64,000 nt of DNA, taken from the NCBI RefSeq assembly GCF_009914755.1, contig NC_060939.1; one strand, written 5' to 3'. Of the stretch, positions 36,518 to 53,508 are shown one piece after another (the stretch's first letter is position 1; every line of letters starts with the position of its first letter). The position numbers were made by a program, and so were the translations under genes. This stretch comes from the human T2T-CHM13v2.0 reference genome, Homo sapiens. The notes under the pieces are model-generated. The model worked only from the letters and a program-made list of their open reading frames with translations, did not search any database and was not told the origin of the DNA.

Positions 36518-37317
36518 CAAGTTACGTATGACTAGAGAATGATATAGGTGGACGGACTACGATCAAGAGCTACTATACTATATGCCAGAAGAACGAACTT
36601 TATCCTGAAAGTAATGAGGAATTAAACATCAATTGTATATCTGATATTTTTTTCTCTTTATCCAGACTGTGCCCTCCAAGTCTTTAAAACTTCTTACCCA
36701 AATGGGTGCAATCAGCTAAGATCTCATTGGAAAGGGGTTCTAGAATCTGAAATGTAAAAGCTTTAGATTACTGAATCCAAATTATTAGGACAAACCTCTT
36801 AGAGGCCAGAATCTGACTCTTAAGCTGTATTTCTCCCAGTTGCCTCCCACCACATGCTATATACTTCAGTCACTCACAAACACACAATCCCTCAAAGATT
36901 CCATTCACTCCTAACTGCACTGCTCACTTTCTTCCTCCCACTTCCAATTCCCTAGTCTATTCCCAGTCTCTGTCCAGTAAATTGCATTCCTTCATTAAAA
37001 TAAAGCTCAAATGTGGGTTCTTTGAAAATCCATTGCCACTACCACCACCAATAATTAAAATTTATTTCTTTTTCTGAATTACCATTGCCATTTCCAGTCT
37101 AAATTACCAAAACAGGCTCTTACCTGTCTAAAATGGGAGAAAGGAAATTAACATGAATATGTTAAATCCTCACAACCACCTTGCGTGGCAAATATTACTG
37201 CCCCTATTTTACAAGTATAGAAACTGATGCTGAAAGATATTAAGATCACACAGCTAGTAAAAAGCATAACTTTTAACTCAGGTTTGTTTTAACTACAAAG
37301 GCTCTCTTTTTCAACTA

Positions 37318-38566
<1,249 letters not shown>

Positions 38567-38826
38567 TGGTAGGGGGAGTTTAAAGGAATATAGGGGAATT
38601 TGCTGTACTTTTCCACTTATTTTTGCTGTGAAGCTACCACTGCTCTAAAAAATAGTCTATTTAAAAAAAAAAAACTATGAAGAATATTGCTCACACAACC
38701 AGAGGACTCTGAACATAGACTATATAATAAGAAACAATATTGTAACAAAATTAAATTTCTCGAATATAATAATATGGTTATATAGGAAAATGTAGATTAG
38801 AAAATACCAACTTACTTGAAAACAAC

Positions 38827-39137
<311 letters not shown>

Positions 39138-39419
39138 TGAAAACAATTTTTTAAAAGAACAAATGTATGCATAATATATAGAAAGCAAATGCAACACATT
39201 GACAACAATCAAATCTAGGTTAAGAGTATGTGTGACTGTTACATTGGTGTTAAAATTTTTCTGAGGTTTTAACTTTTCCAAAACTAAAAAAAGTTGACAG
39301 GGAAGAATTTTAATGCTGACACCAATGTCTGGGAATGAACAATACATAGTTTATAAAAGGGTAAAGACAAAAATTAAAACATGCTCCAAAGCCTACGCCT
39401 GCTAAGTAGCAGTACTTAC

Positions 39420-39514
39420 CCAAGTACAGTGCCTGTTTCCTGGTAATTTACTTGAATAAACTTCCCAAAACGACTTGAATTGTTATTATGAGCTGTCTTT
39501 GCATTTCCAAAGGC
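39420..39514 (-). CDS. MYO9A: MYO9A exon 3 ([32 protein letters not shown]; switch I)
   Basis: ttttgacag|GCC...TGG|gtaagt; 95 nt; conserved myosin motif. Confidence 0.96.
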
Positions 39515-39753
39515 CTGTCAAAATAAATAATTCTCATTAGTTTCACTAAAAAAAAAAAATTTTTTTTTGGAGGGGGGATTAGGTCAGCTGCTTAGGTCAG
39601 CTCAGAGACAAAATGTTAAAGAGACAGTAAAAAGACAATTTGCTTGTATGTTCAGACTCATTCACAGTTCAGGCAAAATTTTTTTAAAAAAAAAGCAATT
39701 AACAACTGAAAGAAGATCAAGTAGATTTTATTTTGTGCTATTCAGTAAAATAA

Positions 39754-40080
<327 letters not shown>

Positions 40081-41061
40081 TAAATCATAATTTTAAAAAT
40101 GTAATGTTCTTTAAAGTTTGGATTTCTCTTTCACATTCCAGAGCCCCCCTACAAAAAAGTCTTAATATATTTATACTTTTACTTTTTAAAAAATTTGCTA
40201 AACTGAAGTAACAAGGAGTTAGGAAAATAATAATTACATCAAAATAATTACAATTTTAGAATAGAATGAAATGAAATTCCAGTACATAATGTACTATACT
40301 TTATTATGCCTATTTAAAACAAAGCTAGAGTACTCATTACAAAAGAATAAGAACTATAAACTTCCTAAATCGTCACCCAAAGTATGTACCTTACAATGGA
40401 ATACTGCCCAGGAATAAAAATAAACTAATGATATCAACAAACACTATGCTAAGCACAAGAAACCAGGCACAAAGTACATATCATATAATCTATTTATATG
40501 AAATTCTAGAAAAGGCAAAACAAGAATAACAGGAAGCAGATCAGCGGTTATCTGGGAATCCGGGTGGAATTGAGAAATATCTACAAAGGGGCACAATGGG
40601 TGATAAAGATAATCTATAGCTCAATTCTGTGATGGTGGTCACATGGATATATACATTTATCAAAATTCACTGAGCTGTACGCTTTAAATGTGTAGATTTT
40701 ATTGTAAGTTATAGCTCAATATAGCTCAATGAAATTTAAGATGTAAATGTTTTTAAAAATGAAGCCACTGCCCTAGCCTGAGCAATCACATTATACTTGA
40801 AGAAACAAAACTAGAAAAGACACAGAGATGATTCATTGCGGAGCTTTTTTCTTCTCCTACAATAATCTCATGGGAATGGCATGCCCTCTAACTCCAAAAT
40901 CCTAAAGTAGCCATTTACTGAACACCTCCCTAAATGCAAAGCTGTTTGTGCTAAACTGTAACTGTGCAGAGCATATATACACGGACGCACGCACACATAC
41001 AAGACAAGGCGAGGACGTCAACCAAGCTGATGCCCCGGCAACTACATCTGTACTCAAGTAG

Positions 41062-41260
41062 TCGTACTCAACTACAACTGTATCATGGTCCTGAGACCAG
41101 AAACATCAGCATCTCCTGAAAATTTGTTAGAAATTCAAATTCTTGGGTCCCTCACAAAACTATTGAATGAGAAACTCTGAGGATAAGGTCCAGCAATCTG
41201 TGCTTATAAAACCCCCTTCGAGTGGTTCAGATGTAAGCCAAAGTTTGACAACCACCGCTC
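41062..41260. mobile_element. MER5A-like DNA transposon
   Basis: CATCAGCATCTCCTG...TTGTTAGAAATTCAAATTCT...AAAGTTTGACAACCAC. Confidence 0.7.
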
Positions 41261-42451
41261 TACTTATTATGCATGCATTTACATTTCTGAGAAATTACAT
41301 TTTACTATGTCTTAAGAAATTATTCTATAATGATAGCAGCAAATGCAAAGATTCATAAAAATCTCCAGAAATGTCCCTCATGAATGTTTAGATTATACTG
41401 TATCTTAGTAAGTCATGGAAAAGAGCCCAGGCTCTCAACCATCACCGAACCATCTGCAAACTATATACACAAAAAAGCTTGACATTGCTGAGTCCTGAAT
41501 GCCTAGAACAGTTTGTCCATTCTGCTTTTTCCCTTTCCACCATAGAAAGTTTTTTACAAGGAATTTAGAAAAACCACATAGCACAGATTAATAAAATGTA
41601 GAAACAAACAGAAACATACATTTCATCAAAGAAATATTCATTTAAGTGTCAAATGCATTACATTTTGAAAAAACTTACAAAATAAAACCGTGGGCTTGGA
41701 GATACGAAATATGGATGTGTGATGTACTACTCTTATTTTCATATATGCTACTTTTGATTCTGCCCAAGGCTACAATGTCAACAGCAAATCAGAAGCTTTA
41801 CCTGTTACTTAACCTGTGATTGCAATACAACTTTTATCACTACATAAAGTCATTTAGGGCCATTTTGAGAGGTAGGCTTGCAATAGTTACTTCACCAAAT
41901 AAGTTATATGGGTGGCAAATAAGCATGAGAAAGCATGTTCAACATCACCAACTATTACAGAAATTCCGTCAAGACCACAATGAGATACTACTACACACCT
42001 ATTAGAATGGCTAAAATAATCAACAAAAATTGACAATGCCAAGTGCTGCTGAGGATGCAGAGGAACTAGAACACTCATACAGTGCTGGTGGAAATGCAAA
42101 ATGGTAGAACAACTCTGGAAGACAATCTAACAAAAAGTAAAACATTCACAGAAAGTTAAACACACTCTTAACAATATGACCCAGCGATACCCCTCCTGGC
42201 TATTTACTACTGAGAAATACAAATTTATATATACATACACATCAAGGCACAAACATTATCATCAGCTTTTTGACAGTCAAAGCTTGAAAATAACGAAATG
42301 TCCACCAACAAATGAAGGATTTAACAAACTGTGATTCATCTAAATAATGGAATACTACTCACAAGCAAAATAAACAACTGCCGTATTTTAACAACCTGGA
42401 TGAATTTCAAAGATACAACACTGAATGAGAGAAATCAGTCTCAAAACTTTA

Positions 42452-42743
42452 CATGTGGTGGTTCACATGTGTAATCCCAGCAATTTGGGAGGCCAAGGGG
42501 ACAGAACTGCTTGAAGCCAGGAGTTTGAGACCATCCTGTGCAACATAGGGAGACCTCATCTCTACAAAAAGTTTTTAAAAATTAGACCAGCATGGTGGCA
42601 CACACCTGTAATCTCAGCTAATCTGGAGGCTGAGGTGGGAAGATCACTGAAGTCTAGAAGGTCGAGGCAGCAGTAAGCTGTGACTGTACCACTGCACTCC
42701 AGCCAGGGTGACAGACTGAAACCCGGGCCTCAAAAAAATAAAA
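42452..42743 (+). mobile_element. AluJ-like
   Basis: TSD AAAACTTT(T)ACAT. Confidence 0.85.
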
Positions 42744-43621
42744 AACTTTACATACTATAGGACTCTATGTATATGACATTCTCAAAAACAAAAACAGCTG
42801 CAATGGAGAGCAGACAAGTGATTCTGAGTCATGAAAGGATGGCAGGGCAGAGGGTATGAAGATAAGGAGTATCAGAGTTTTATACACAGAGGACTATAAA
42901 AGGTAATATTTTAAATTCATAGAATTTTATAATATGATTACTTATTTCAAAAAAACTTAACTCCTCAAAATATTTATTCAAAATATAAGGCACAAAAAAG
43001 ACAATTTCAGATATACATAGTTGAAAATATTCATCACAAGCTAACCTGCACTAAAAGAAACATTAAAGAAGTCATTTAAGCAGAAGGAAAATTGTATCAT
43101 ATTAAAACATGGATCTATATAAGGAAGGAAGAACAGCAGAAATGGTTGCCCCATGAATAAATACATAAAATATTTTTTAGTACTTAAATCTTTTGAAAAG
43201 ATCATTGAGAGTGAGATTAGCAAAAATGGCAGAGTAAGGACCTCTAAACATCCTCTCCTTCATAAAAGGCACAAGAATGCTGACAAAAACTGTCAAACTC
43301 AAATTTTTAAGAACTCTGGAAATTAACCAAAGGATTGCAAGAACCCTTGGCAGAGGCATTTAATCAAGAAAAAACAGATGAGTCTTGGTTAGGAAAATCA
43401 GGCATTTTAACTTGTGCTATTACTACTCCTTTCTCTTTAGCTCCACACTGAAGAGAAAAACCAACATCCTACAATGATGGGGTTTTTTTTAAAGACACCC
43501 AAGAAGCCACCTGAAGAATCAGAACAGGGATGGAACTCATCCAAACTCCACTTCCCCGAGAAAATCATCACAATTTGACTTATCTGGCATTTCCCTGGAA
43601 AAACTCACACAAAGGGTACTC

Positions 43622-43957
43622 TTTTTGTGTGTATGTATGTTTTGTTTTGTTTTGTTTTGAGACAAGATCTCGTTCTGTCACCCATGCTGGAGTGCAGTGG
43701 TGCTATAACAGCTCACTACAGCCTCCAACCTCCAGGACTTAAGCAATCCTTCCACCTCAGCTTCCTGAGTAGCTGGGACTACACACAGCCATGCACCACC
43801 ACACCCAGCTAATTTTTGTATTTTTCTGTAGAGATGGTGGGGGAAGGGGGATCTCCCTATGTTGTCCAGGCTGGTCTTGAACTCCTGGGCTCAAGTGATC
43901 CACCTACCTGAGCCTCCCAAAGTGCTGGGATTATAAGCATGAGCCACAGTGCCTGCC
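43622..43957 (-). mobile_element. AluJ-like
   Basis: Reverse Alu. Confidence 0.85.
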
Positions 43958-44820
43958 CCTCATCCTACTTTTTTTTTTGCAACAGGGTCTCACTCTGTCA
44001 ACCCAGACTGGAGTGCAGTGGTGTCATAAGGACTTTCTTGACCTTACTTGGAAATCACTTGCTTAAAACAGCCTCTTCACACTCCCCACTGCACCCACCC
44101 ACCATCACTATGTGTGCTTGTCAAAAACAATCAGAAGCAATTGTTTAAACACTATAACTGCTTAAGGTGGCAATAACAGAATGGGGCAAAAAAAAAAAAA
44201 AAAAAACACCAAACAACTTAAAAGGAAAAGCTGGTGAATAATATGTACAAAGGGGACTCTGAAAACATCTGAAATATTCATGGGCATATGGAAGGCCACG
44301 AGCATGCACAGCACTGCACATGCCCAGGATATGTCGATGCTCACAAAACACAGGAGACCTGTGTTTTGAACTTGAGGTTCTTTGTAAGCAGGAAGTAAAA
44401 GGTAAGGCAGAGTTGACAACCGCTTGGCTGAGTACTGAAGGGGTGAGTCAACAAACACACAGAACCTCATAGTAAAGACTGGAGGCCTCAACTTCAGGCA
44501 TTTAAGGAAATCCAAGTCTAATCATAACTAACCACTATAACTGAGTACAGTTTTTGATGATCTCATGCACAAAAATATAGACTTTACAAAATTAGTTCAA
44601 AGAAGTCATGAAACAACCAAATAACGGTAAGAAAACAACCACAAACCTTGGGAAAATCTCATTTTGAGGTGCCACATCATTATTATTATTTAAAAATGTC
44701 TAGTTTTCACCAAAAAATTAAGAGACATGCAAAAAAGTACAAAAGTATGGGCATGGGAAAATGAAAAATAGCACTAAACAGCAACCGTTCCTGATAATGC
44801 CCAGATGCTGGACTTACTAG

Positions 44821-45139
<319 letters not shown>

Positions 45140-45146
<7 letters not shown>

Positions 45147-45383
45147 AAAATACAGAACTCTTAAATGCACAAAATATATCCACCACGAAAGACCATGTTC
45201 TGGGCCATAAGTCTCAATAAATTTAAAAGAGTTGAAGCTATACAACACAGTGTTATTTAACCTGGCCAAAATACAGAATTCTTAAATGCACAAAAAATAT
45301 CCACCACGAAAGACCATGTTCTGGGCCACAAGTCTCAATAACTTTAAGAGAGTTCAAGTTATACAACACAGTGTTATCTAACC
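45140..45383. repeat. Tandem duplication with a 121-bp period
   Basis: CCTGGCCAAAATACAGAA at 45140 and 45261. Confidence 0.9.
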
Positions 45384-45569
45384 ACAAAAGAATTAAATTA
45401 TAAATCAAGAACAGGGGACAGAATCTCAGAGGACAGGATTGGGGCAGAGCAAGATGTGGAACAGATCCACAGATCCACTGACTGCTCCCCCACACACAAA
45501 AAGACACCAATTTAACAACTAACTACACACACACAAAAAGCACCTTCATGACAACCAAAAACCAGTAGG

Positions 45570-46403
45570 GTAAATGGAAACAGCCATCTTAGACTAAGAT
45601 GGAAGCCATGTACTGAGAATGGCAGAGCCACAAAGAAGGAGCCCGTGCCCATCACTGTACAATCAACCAGATCAGCCCAAGACTGCTACCATGTGTATTA
45701 TGACGTGAGAGAAATAAGAGTCTATCTTCTTTAATCCCTTATTGTTTTGACCTTTGTTACAGCAACCTAATGTTTGTACAAAAGGGCTTTCATTTCTTAC
45801 TTCATTCGTTTCTGCATTGTTTGTTTTACAGCATGTATAATTAGTTTAATAACTTAAAATATATACATAATCTATATATATTTACCTATAAGATAGATAT
45901 AAGTAGATATATATCTATATAAAGGGAGAGTGAAATCCATATTTATCCATATAGTCTATACAGAGGTTAGATAGATACAATGTGCAGTGGGCCAAAGATA
46001 GAGACTTTTAGATTTTGGTTTTCTGATACACCAAAATATTTCGAATTATTTATACCTTCCTGAGAATTAAATTCACAAATCTTTATTGAGAATTGGTCAT
46101 GTGAAAGAAACTAAAGTGACACAAGTATGTCATTGTTTTAGAAAGTACTGTATTCACTCGTGAGTAGCAAATTAATTTCAACAAAATACCATCCATACTT
46201 TTCAAGTAATACTGTTAATCTAAAGTTCACTGATTTGAAGTTCCGTTTGTACTTAATTTGGCAAAATCTGTTTTGCTTTATAGTTGTATACAAACTTTAA
46301 GGAAAAAAATTTAAATACAGTTTTATATTTGTACATTTTTCAGTGTCTTTAAAATTTTTGTTTATATATATTTATAATAAAATAATTAGGTTTCCAAAAA
46401 AAA
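45570..46403 (+). pseudogene. Probable 5'-truncated retrocopy of an unidentified 3'UTR (MLT1-like start, AU-rich body)
   Basis: AATAAA 46376-46381; A8 at 46396-46403; flanks AAAAACCAG-TAGG (45557) and AAAAACCAGATAGG (46399). Confidence 0.55.
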
Positions 46404-46472
46404 CCAGATAGGATTTAAATATTTACAAACTAAACACAAATCTAAGCAACCCATGGTTCAAAGAAGAAATCA

Positions 46473-47637
<1,165 letters not shown>

Positions 47638-47906
47638 ATATTTTATACATTTCTTTCTACAATGATTATATAATTATGGCTTACCAGCAGGAAACAAAAA
47701 AATAAAGAATAAGTCACAAAAAAAGAAATCAAAAGGGAAATTATCAAATGTTTTAAACTAAATAAAAATGAAAACACAATATGTCAGAATTTGTGGGATA
47801 GCAGTACAAGCAGTACCTAGGAAAGAATTTACAGCACTAAATAAATATATTAGAAAAGAATGATCTAAAATCAATGACCTCAGAGATCATACTAAAAACT
47901 TTAAAA

Positions 47907-48108
47907 GCTTGTAATTCTAGCACTTTGGGAAGCCAAAGCAGGTGGATCGCTTGAGCCTGGGAGCTCAAGACCAGCCTGGGCAACATGGTAAAACTCCATC
48001 TCTACAAAAAATACAAAAATTAGCCAGGTGTGGTGGTACATGCCTATAATCCCACCTATTTGGGAGGCTGAGGTGGGAGAATTGCTTAAGCCAGGGAGGT
48101 TGAGGCTC
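47907..48108 (+). mobile_element. AluJ-like fragment truncated at both ends, abutting the EIF5A2 pseudogene
   Basis: Lacks the first ~20 nt and the 3' end and tail. Confidence 0.85.
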
Positions 48109-48112
48109 CCAT

Positions 48113-48708
48113 TTATTTGCAGGGTTTTATGGCTACAGCATATTCTTCACTCATTGCACACATGACAGACACCTGTACATCTTCACCTGCATTGTATTTT
48201 CCTTGTATTTATTTGCCTAGTTCACTTTCTGGCAGTTTAAGATCCTCAGGAACTTCATCAGCTTCTGTCGGCAGGGAAAGGCAACTATCTTGAATGCATA
48301 TCAGTTGATAATCATGTCTCTGAATATTTGGAACATCCACGTTGTGAACAGAAGGACAAATATCTTCTTCTTCTTTTTTTCCCATGAAAACAGCAATTCC
48401 AACAAGGTGAACCTTGGCATGACCAAGTTTTCCAGTTTTGGAAGTTAACATCTTCACTATTTTGCATGGTTGTCCTTTGAACATCATGAAGTCACTTTTC
48501 CGCAAGGTTGAGCACTGCATAGGGTGAGTGCTGGAAGCCCCAGCATCTCCAGTAGTTAAATCAATTTCGTACACCATGGTGAGCTGGGGAGATGGTAGTT
48601 TTTCCGTGGGAACTTTCAGCAGGCAAAGAGCTCCTTTCACCTGCGTACCTGCACAGGTCCCCTACAGCTGCAGAGCCGGTGGCAGCGGTGGCAGCCACAG
48701 CAGTTGCC
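48113..48708 (-). pseudogene. EIF5A2P1: EIF5A2 processed pseudogene (5'UTR plus whole CDS with a premature stop); symbol recalled from memory
   Basis: Intronless MVYEIDLTTGDAGASSTHPMQCS...SKTGKLGHAKVHLVGI; ATG at 48577; TAA at 48209-48211; frame resumes ...[12 protein letters not shown] ending 48113. Confidence 0.92.
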
Positions 48709-49038
48709 AATAAGGGAATATTATATAAAACTTTATGAGAATAAATATGATAACTTAGATTAAGCAAGTTTCTTGAAAGACACAAACTACCAAAGCTTAC
48801 TAAAAAAAAAAAAACAGTAATAATAATAATCACATGAATAACTCTATATCTACTTTTAAAATTGAAACCTTGTTTAAAATTCTCCCATAAAAAACACCAG
48901 GTCCAGATGGTTTCATTAATGAATTCCAACACTGACAGTAAAAAAAAAAAAAACCAGTTCTACACAACTCTTCCAAAAATACGAGGAGAAAAGACTTCCC
49001 AATTCATCCTATGAGACTTGATAATTCTATCAATGCAA

Positions 49039-49160
49039 AAGATTGAATGCAAAAAAAAAAGACATTAAAGAAAACAATGTTAGGCATGATGGTGCAAGAT
49101 AGAATGCAAAAAAAAAAAAAAAAAGACATTCAGGAAAACAATGTTAGGCATGATGGTGCA
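49039..49160. repeat. Tandem duplication of about 60 bp
   Basis: GAATGC(A)nGACATT...GAAAACAATGTTAGGCATGATGGTGCA present twice. Confidence 0.9.
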
Positions 49161-49699
49161 TGCCTATAATCTCAACTATTTGGAAGGCTGAAGCAGGAGA
49201 ACCATTGAAGCCCAGGAGATTGAGACCAGCCTGGGCAACACTGTGGGATCCACTCTCAAAAAAAATTTTTTTAATGAGAAAGAAAACAATGTCCCTCATG
49301 ATGTAATTCACATTAACAAAGTTTAAAATATAATCATCTCAATAAGACACAGAAATAACACTTGACAGAATGAATTTTGACATCCATTCCTGAAAAAAAG
49401 CTCTAAACAAGCTAGGAACAGAAGGGATCAAGCTCAATGTGACAGAGAATTTACAAAAAACCAACAGCTATCATTATAACTTAATGGCTAAAGACTAAAT
49501 GTTTTCCCCTAAGATCAGAAACGAGACAAGGATGTTGCTTTCAACCACCTCTACTCAACATTATACTGGAGTAGCCAGTGAAATCAAGCAAGAAAAAAAA
49601 AAAAAGACATCCAAACTGGAAAGTAAGAAAAACTTTTTATTCACAGACATGACTGACTATATGAAAAATCCAATGGAATCTATAAAAAAGCTGTTGCAG

Positions 49700-50012
49700 G
49701 GGTGGGCAGGTGTGGTGACTCATGCCTGTTATCCCAGCACTTTAGGAGGCCAAGACAGGAGAATCACTTGAGCTCAGGAGTTCAGGACCAGCCCGCCTAG
49801 GCAACATAGTGAGACCTCGTCTCTACTAAAAATTAAAAAAAAACACAGCCGAGCACAGCAACACAGGCTGATAGTGCCAGCTACTCAGGAGGCTAACGTG
49901 AGAGGATCACTCGAGCCTGGAGATCGAGGCTGCAGTGAGCTATGATGACACCACTACACTCCAGCCTGGGCAATAGAGGGAGACCTTGTCTCAAAAAACA
50001 AACAAAAAAAAA
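49700..50012 (+). mobile_element. AluJ-like
   Basis: Dimeric Alu. Confidence 0.85.
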
Positions 50013-50854
50013 AGGTTAATGGCACTAATATTTAAGTCTAGCCAGGTTGCAGAAGATAAGGTCAACGTGTAACTATCAACTGTATATCTATATACTAGCA
50101 ACAAACAATTGAAAATTGTAGAACACCATTTATAATAACATCCTCAAAAATATTGAGAGATAAATCTTACCAAAGATGTAAAAGACCTGTACACTAATAA
50201 CTATAAAATACTGCCAAGAGAAATTAAAGAACTTAATAAAAAGTTAAACACATACTTATCATCTGATCTAGTCATTACATTGCTAGATATTTACTGAAGA
50301 GAAAAAAATGCATATGTCTACATAAACTTGAATGTAATAGCCAAAAATTAAAAACAACCCATATATCCATCAATGAGTGAACAGATCTAAAAAATTGTGA
50401 TATCCCATGGAATACTATTACCTTAGCAACAAAAAGGAATGTATTATCGACATATGCAACAACATGGATAAATCTCAAAATAATTATACCAAGTGGGAGA
50501 AGCCAAATATAAAAGGGTACATACTATGTGGTTCCATTTATATAAAATGGTAGAAAATGCATACTAATCTACAGTGACAGAAAGCACTTAACTGGTTTCC
50601 CATATATGGGTGGGCTGAGAGGAGCGTGAAAGAGGGATTACAAAGAGGTATGAGGAAACTCTGGGGATAATGGATATGTTCTTGACTGTGGTGGTGGTTT
50701 CATGGGTATATACATGTCAAAGTTTATCATGTTATACACTTTAAATATACGCAGTTTACTGTATTTCAATTATACCTACAAAATATCTTTTAAAAAGACA
50801 ACAAAGTAATATTACCTTTTCCTTTCAGGTCTAAAACAAACACTATATTCCCTT

Positions 50855-51568
<714 letters not shown>

Positions 51569-52018
51569 ATCTTTCCTTTTGACATTGGATGGTATTACTT
51601 GTAAAACATCCCACAACTAAACATTTTTCCCATATTCTCTACATTATTACAAGTTTCGATGCTAGGCACAGCTGTTAAGCTTGCAGAAATACAAATATAT
51701 CAGCAAAAATATTTTCACCAACCATCACAATGCAGTTAGACACGACCTGACTCTGCTTTCTCCCCTTATAGGGGGATATACAATGACTACAGTCATCTCT
51801 TTCTTTGCATCATTAATGACCCAAAGACATTCTCTTTAAAAAAAAAAAATTACCACTGTCACACTCTTCAATCTTCCACACCACCTTTTTTGCGTTCCCA
51901 TCTTCCAGGTCCTCTTGGTTACTAAAAATAATGTCTACACTTCTATTTAGTTTTACTTCATCTTCTCACATCTATCAAATATTTTTTAAAGATATGTTTA
52001 AGAATAGGAACAGTATTT

Positions 52019-52090
52019 TTCTTTCTTTTTTTTTAAATTGCTGCTCCTTGTAGAGCAGGGCTACGCTGCAGGCAGTGTGCCCAGAATAGC
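52019..52090 (-). mobile_element. Short retroposed element (51-nt core plus A tail) with target-site duplication
   Basis: GAACAGTATTT at 52008-52018 and 52093-52103 flanks a T-rich tract and a GC-rich core. Confidence 0.7.
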
Positions 52091-52105
52091 AAGAACAGTA
52101 TTTCT

Positions 52106-52585
<480 letters not shown>

Positions 52586-52645
52586 CCCCACCTCAAAGGA
52601 TAAAAATCAAAATTAAAATCAAAAATAAGATTTCTATATATTTAC

Positions 52646-53485
52646 CTCAAGTACTGGTCCAGCTCCAAGAATAATCTGTTCTACTCCACTGGCAAATCCT
52701 TTCTGACTGAGAGCAGTAAGGTGGTGAATAAGAAAGTTTGTGCTTTGAGTCTTCCCAGAACCACTCTCTCCTGAAATCACGATGCACTGATTCTTTTTGC
52801 GCTGAAGCATGGCATGATAAGCTACATCAGCCACAGCATAAATGTGGGGCTCAAGTTTTCCCAGTTGGTGGTTATCATACATTTTGACATATTTGGGGTT
52901 ATAAATAGGAAGAAACTTGAATGGGTTAATAACTATTAGAATACTGCCAACATAGGTATAAATTTTTTCATGCTTAAAGCGATTTCGTAGGTTTTCTAAG
53001 AGAGTTTTCTCATTCAAATCAGGTAAACTACATAAATCATCAAAGTCTTTCTGTTGAGGCTGTGGAAGAAAACCCCGTTCCATCATCCTGCGACGTTCTT
53101 CTGTTACCCGTAGCCATGACTGCAGGCTACCATAATGGATTGATCCATCAAGGTTTTTCTCTCTCAGAAGGAAGCGGTAGTCCTCTCCACTTAAGCGATT
53201 TTCCAGAGCCATTCGGGGCCACAGCATCATTCGCTGAACTGGACAATCTGTTGGATTGAGAATCCATTCTTCTCCACCAAATTCCTTTACCTCTGCTAGA
53301 ACATAACATTTTGTTTTGTCAAGATGAAGTTTGTTTATAAGAGACTCAATCACCTCAGCAGCTGTGGAGTTTTTTCTGGCAGGAATCGGACAGTAGATTG
53401 TCCCTTCTGAAATAGCCCCAGGATATATCCGTAATGTATGTTCATTATCTTCAAAGCGTCGTCTTCCTCCATCATTTATATTCAT
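52646..53485 (-). CDS. MYO9A: MYO9A exon 2 coding part (aa 1-280): RA-like domain and motor start with P-loop GESGSGKT
   Basis: ORF 52634..53485; ATG at 53485; donor GAG|GTAAAT at 52646/52645; 840 nt, phase 0. Confidence 0.97.
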
Positions 53486-53508
53486 ATTGGATCCTGTCCC
53501 ATCAGCAT
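53482..53508 (-). promoter_or_regulatory. uORF2 (MLMGQDPI*) whose stop overlaps the main start (ATGA)
   Basis: ATG CTG ATG GGA CAG GAT CCA ATA TGA read directly. Confidence 0.7.

Noticed and set aside
48578-48640. 21-aa N-terminal extension of the eIF5A-like ORF
   Set aside because: Begins at GTG inside the retrocopied 5'UTR; the homologous start is the ATG at 48577
52634-52645. ORF-track C-terminus VNI* of the 283-aa ORF
   Set aside because: Read-through past the GT donor at 52645; the frame continues properly in exon 3, and no clear intronic poly(A) signal was seen nearby
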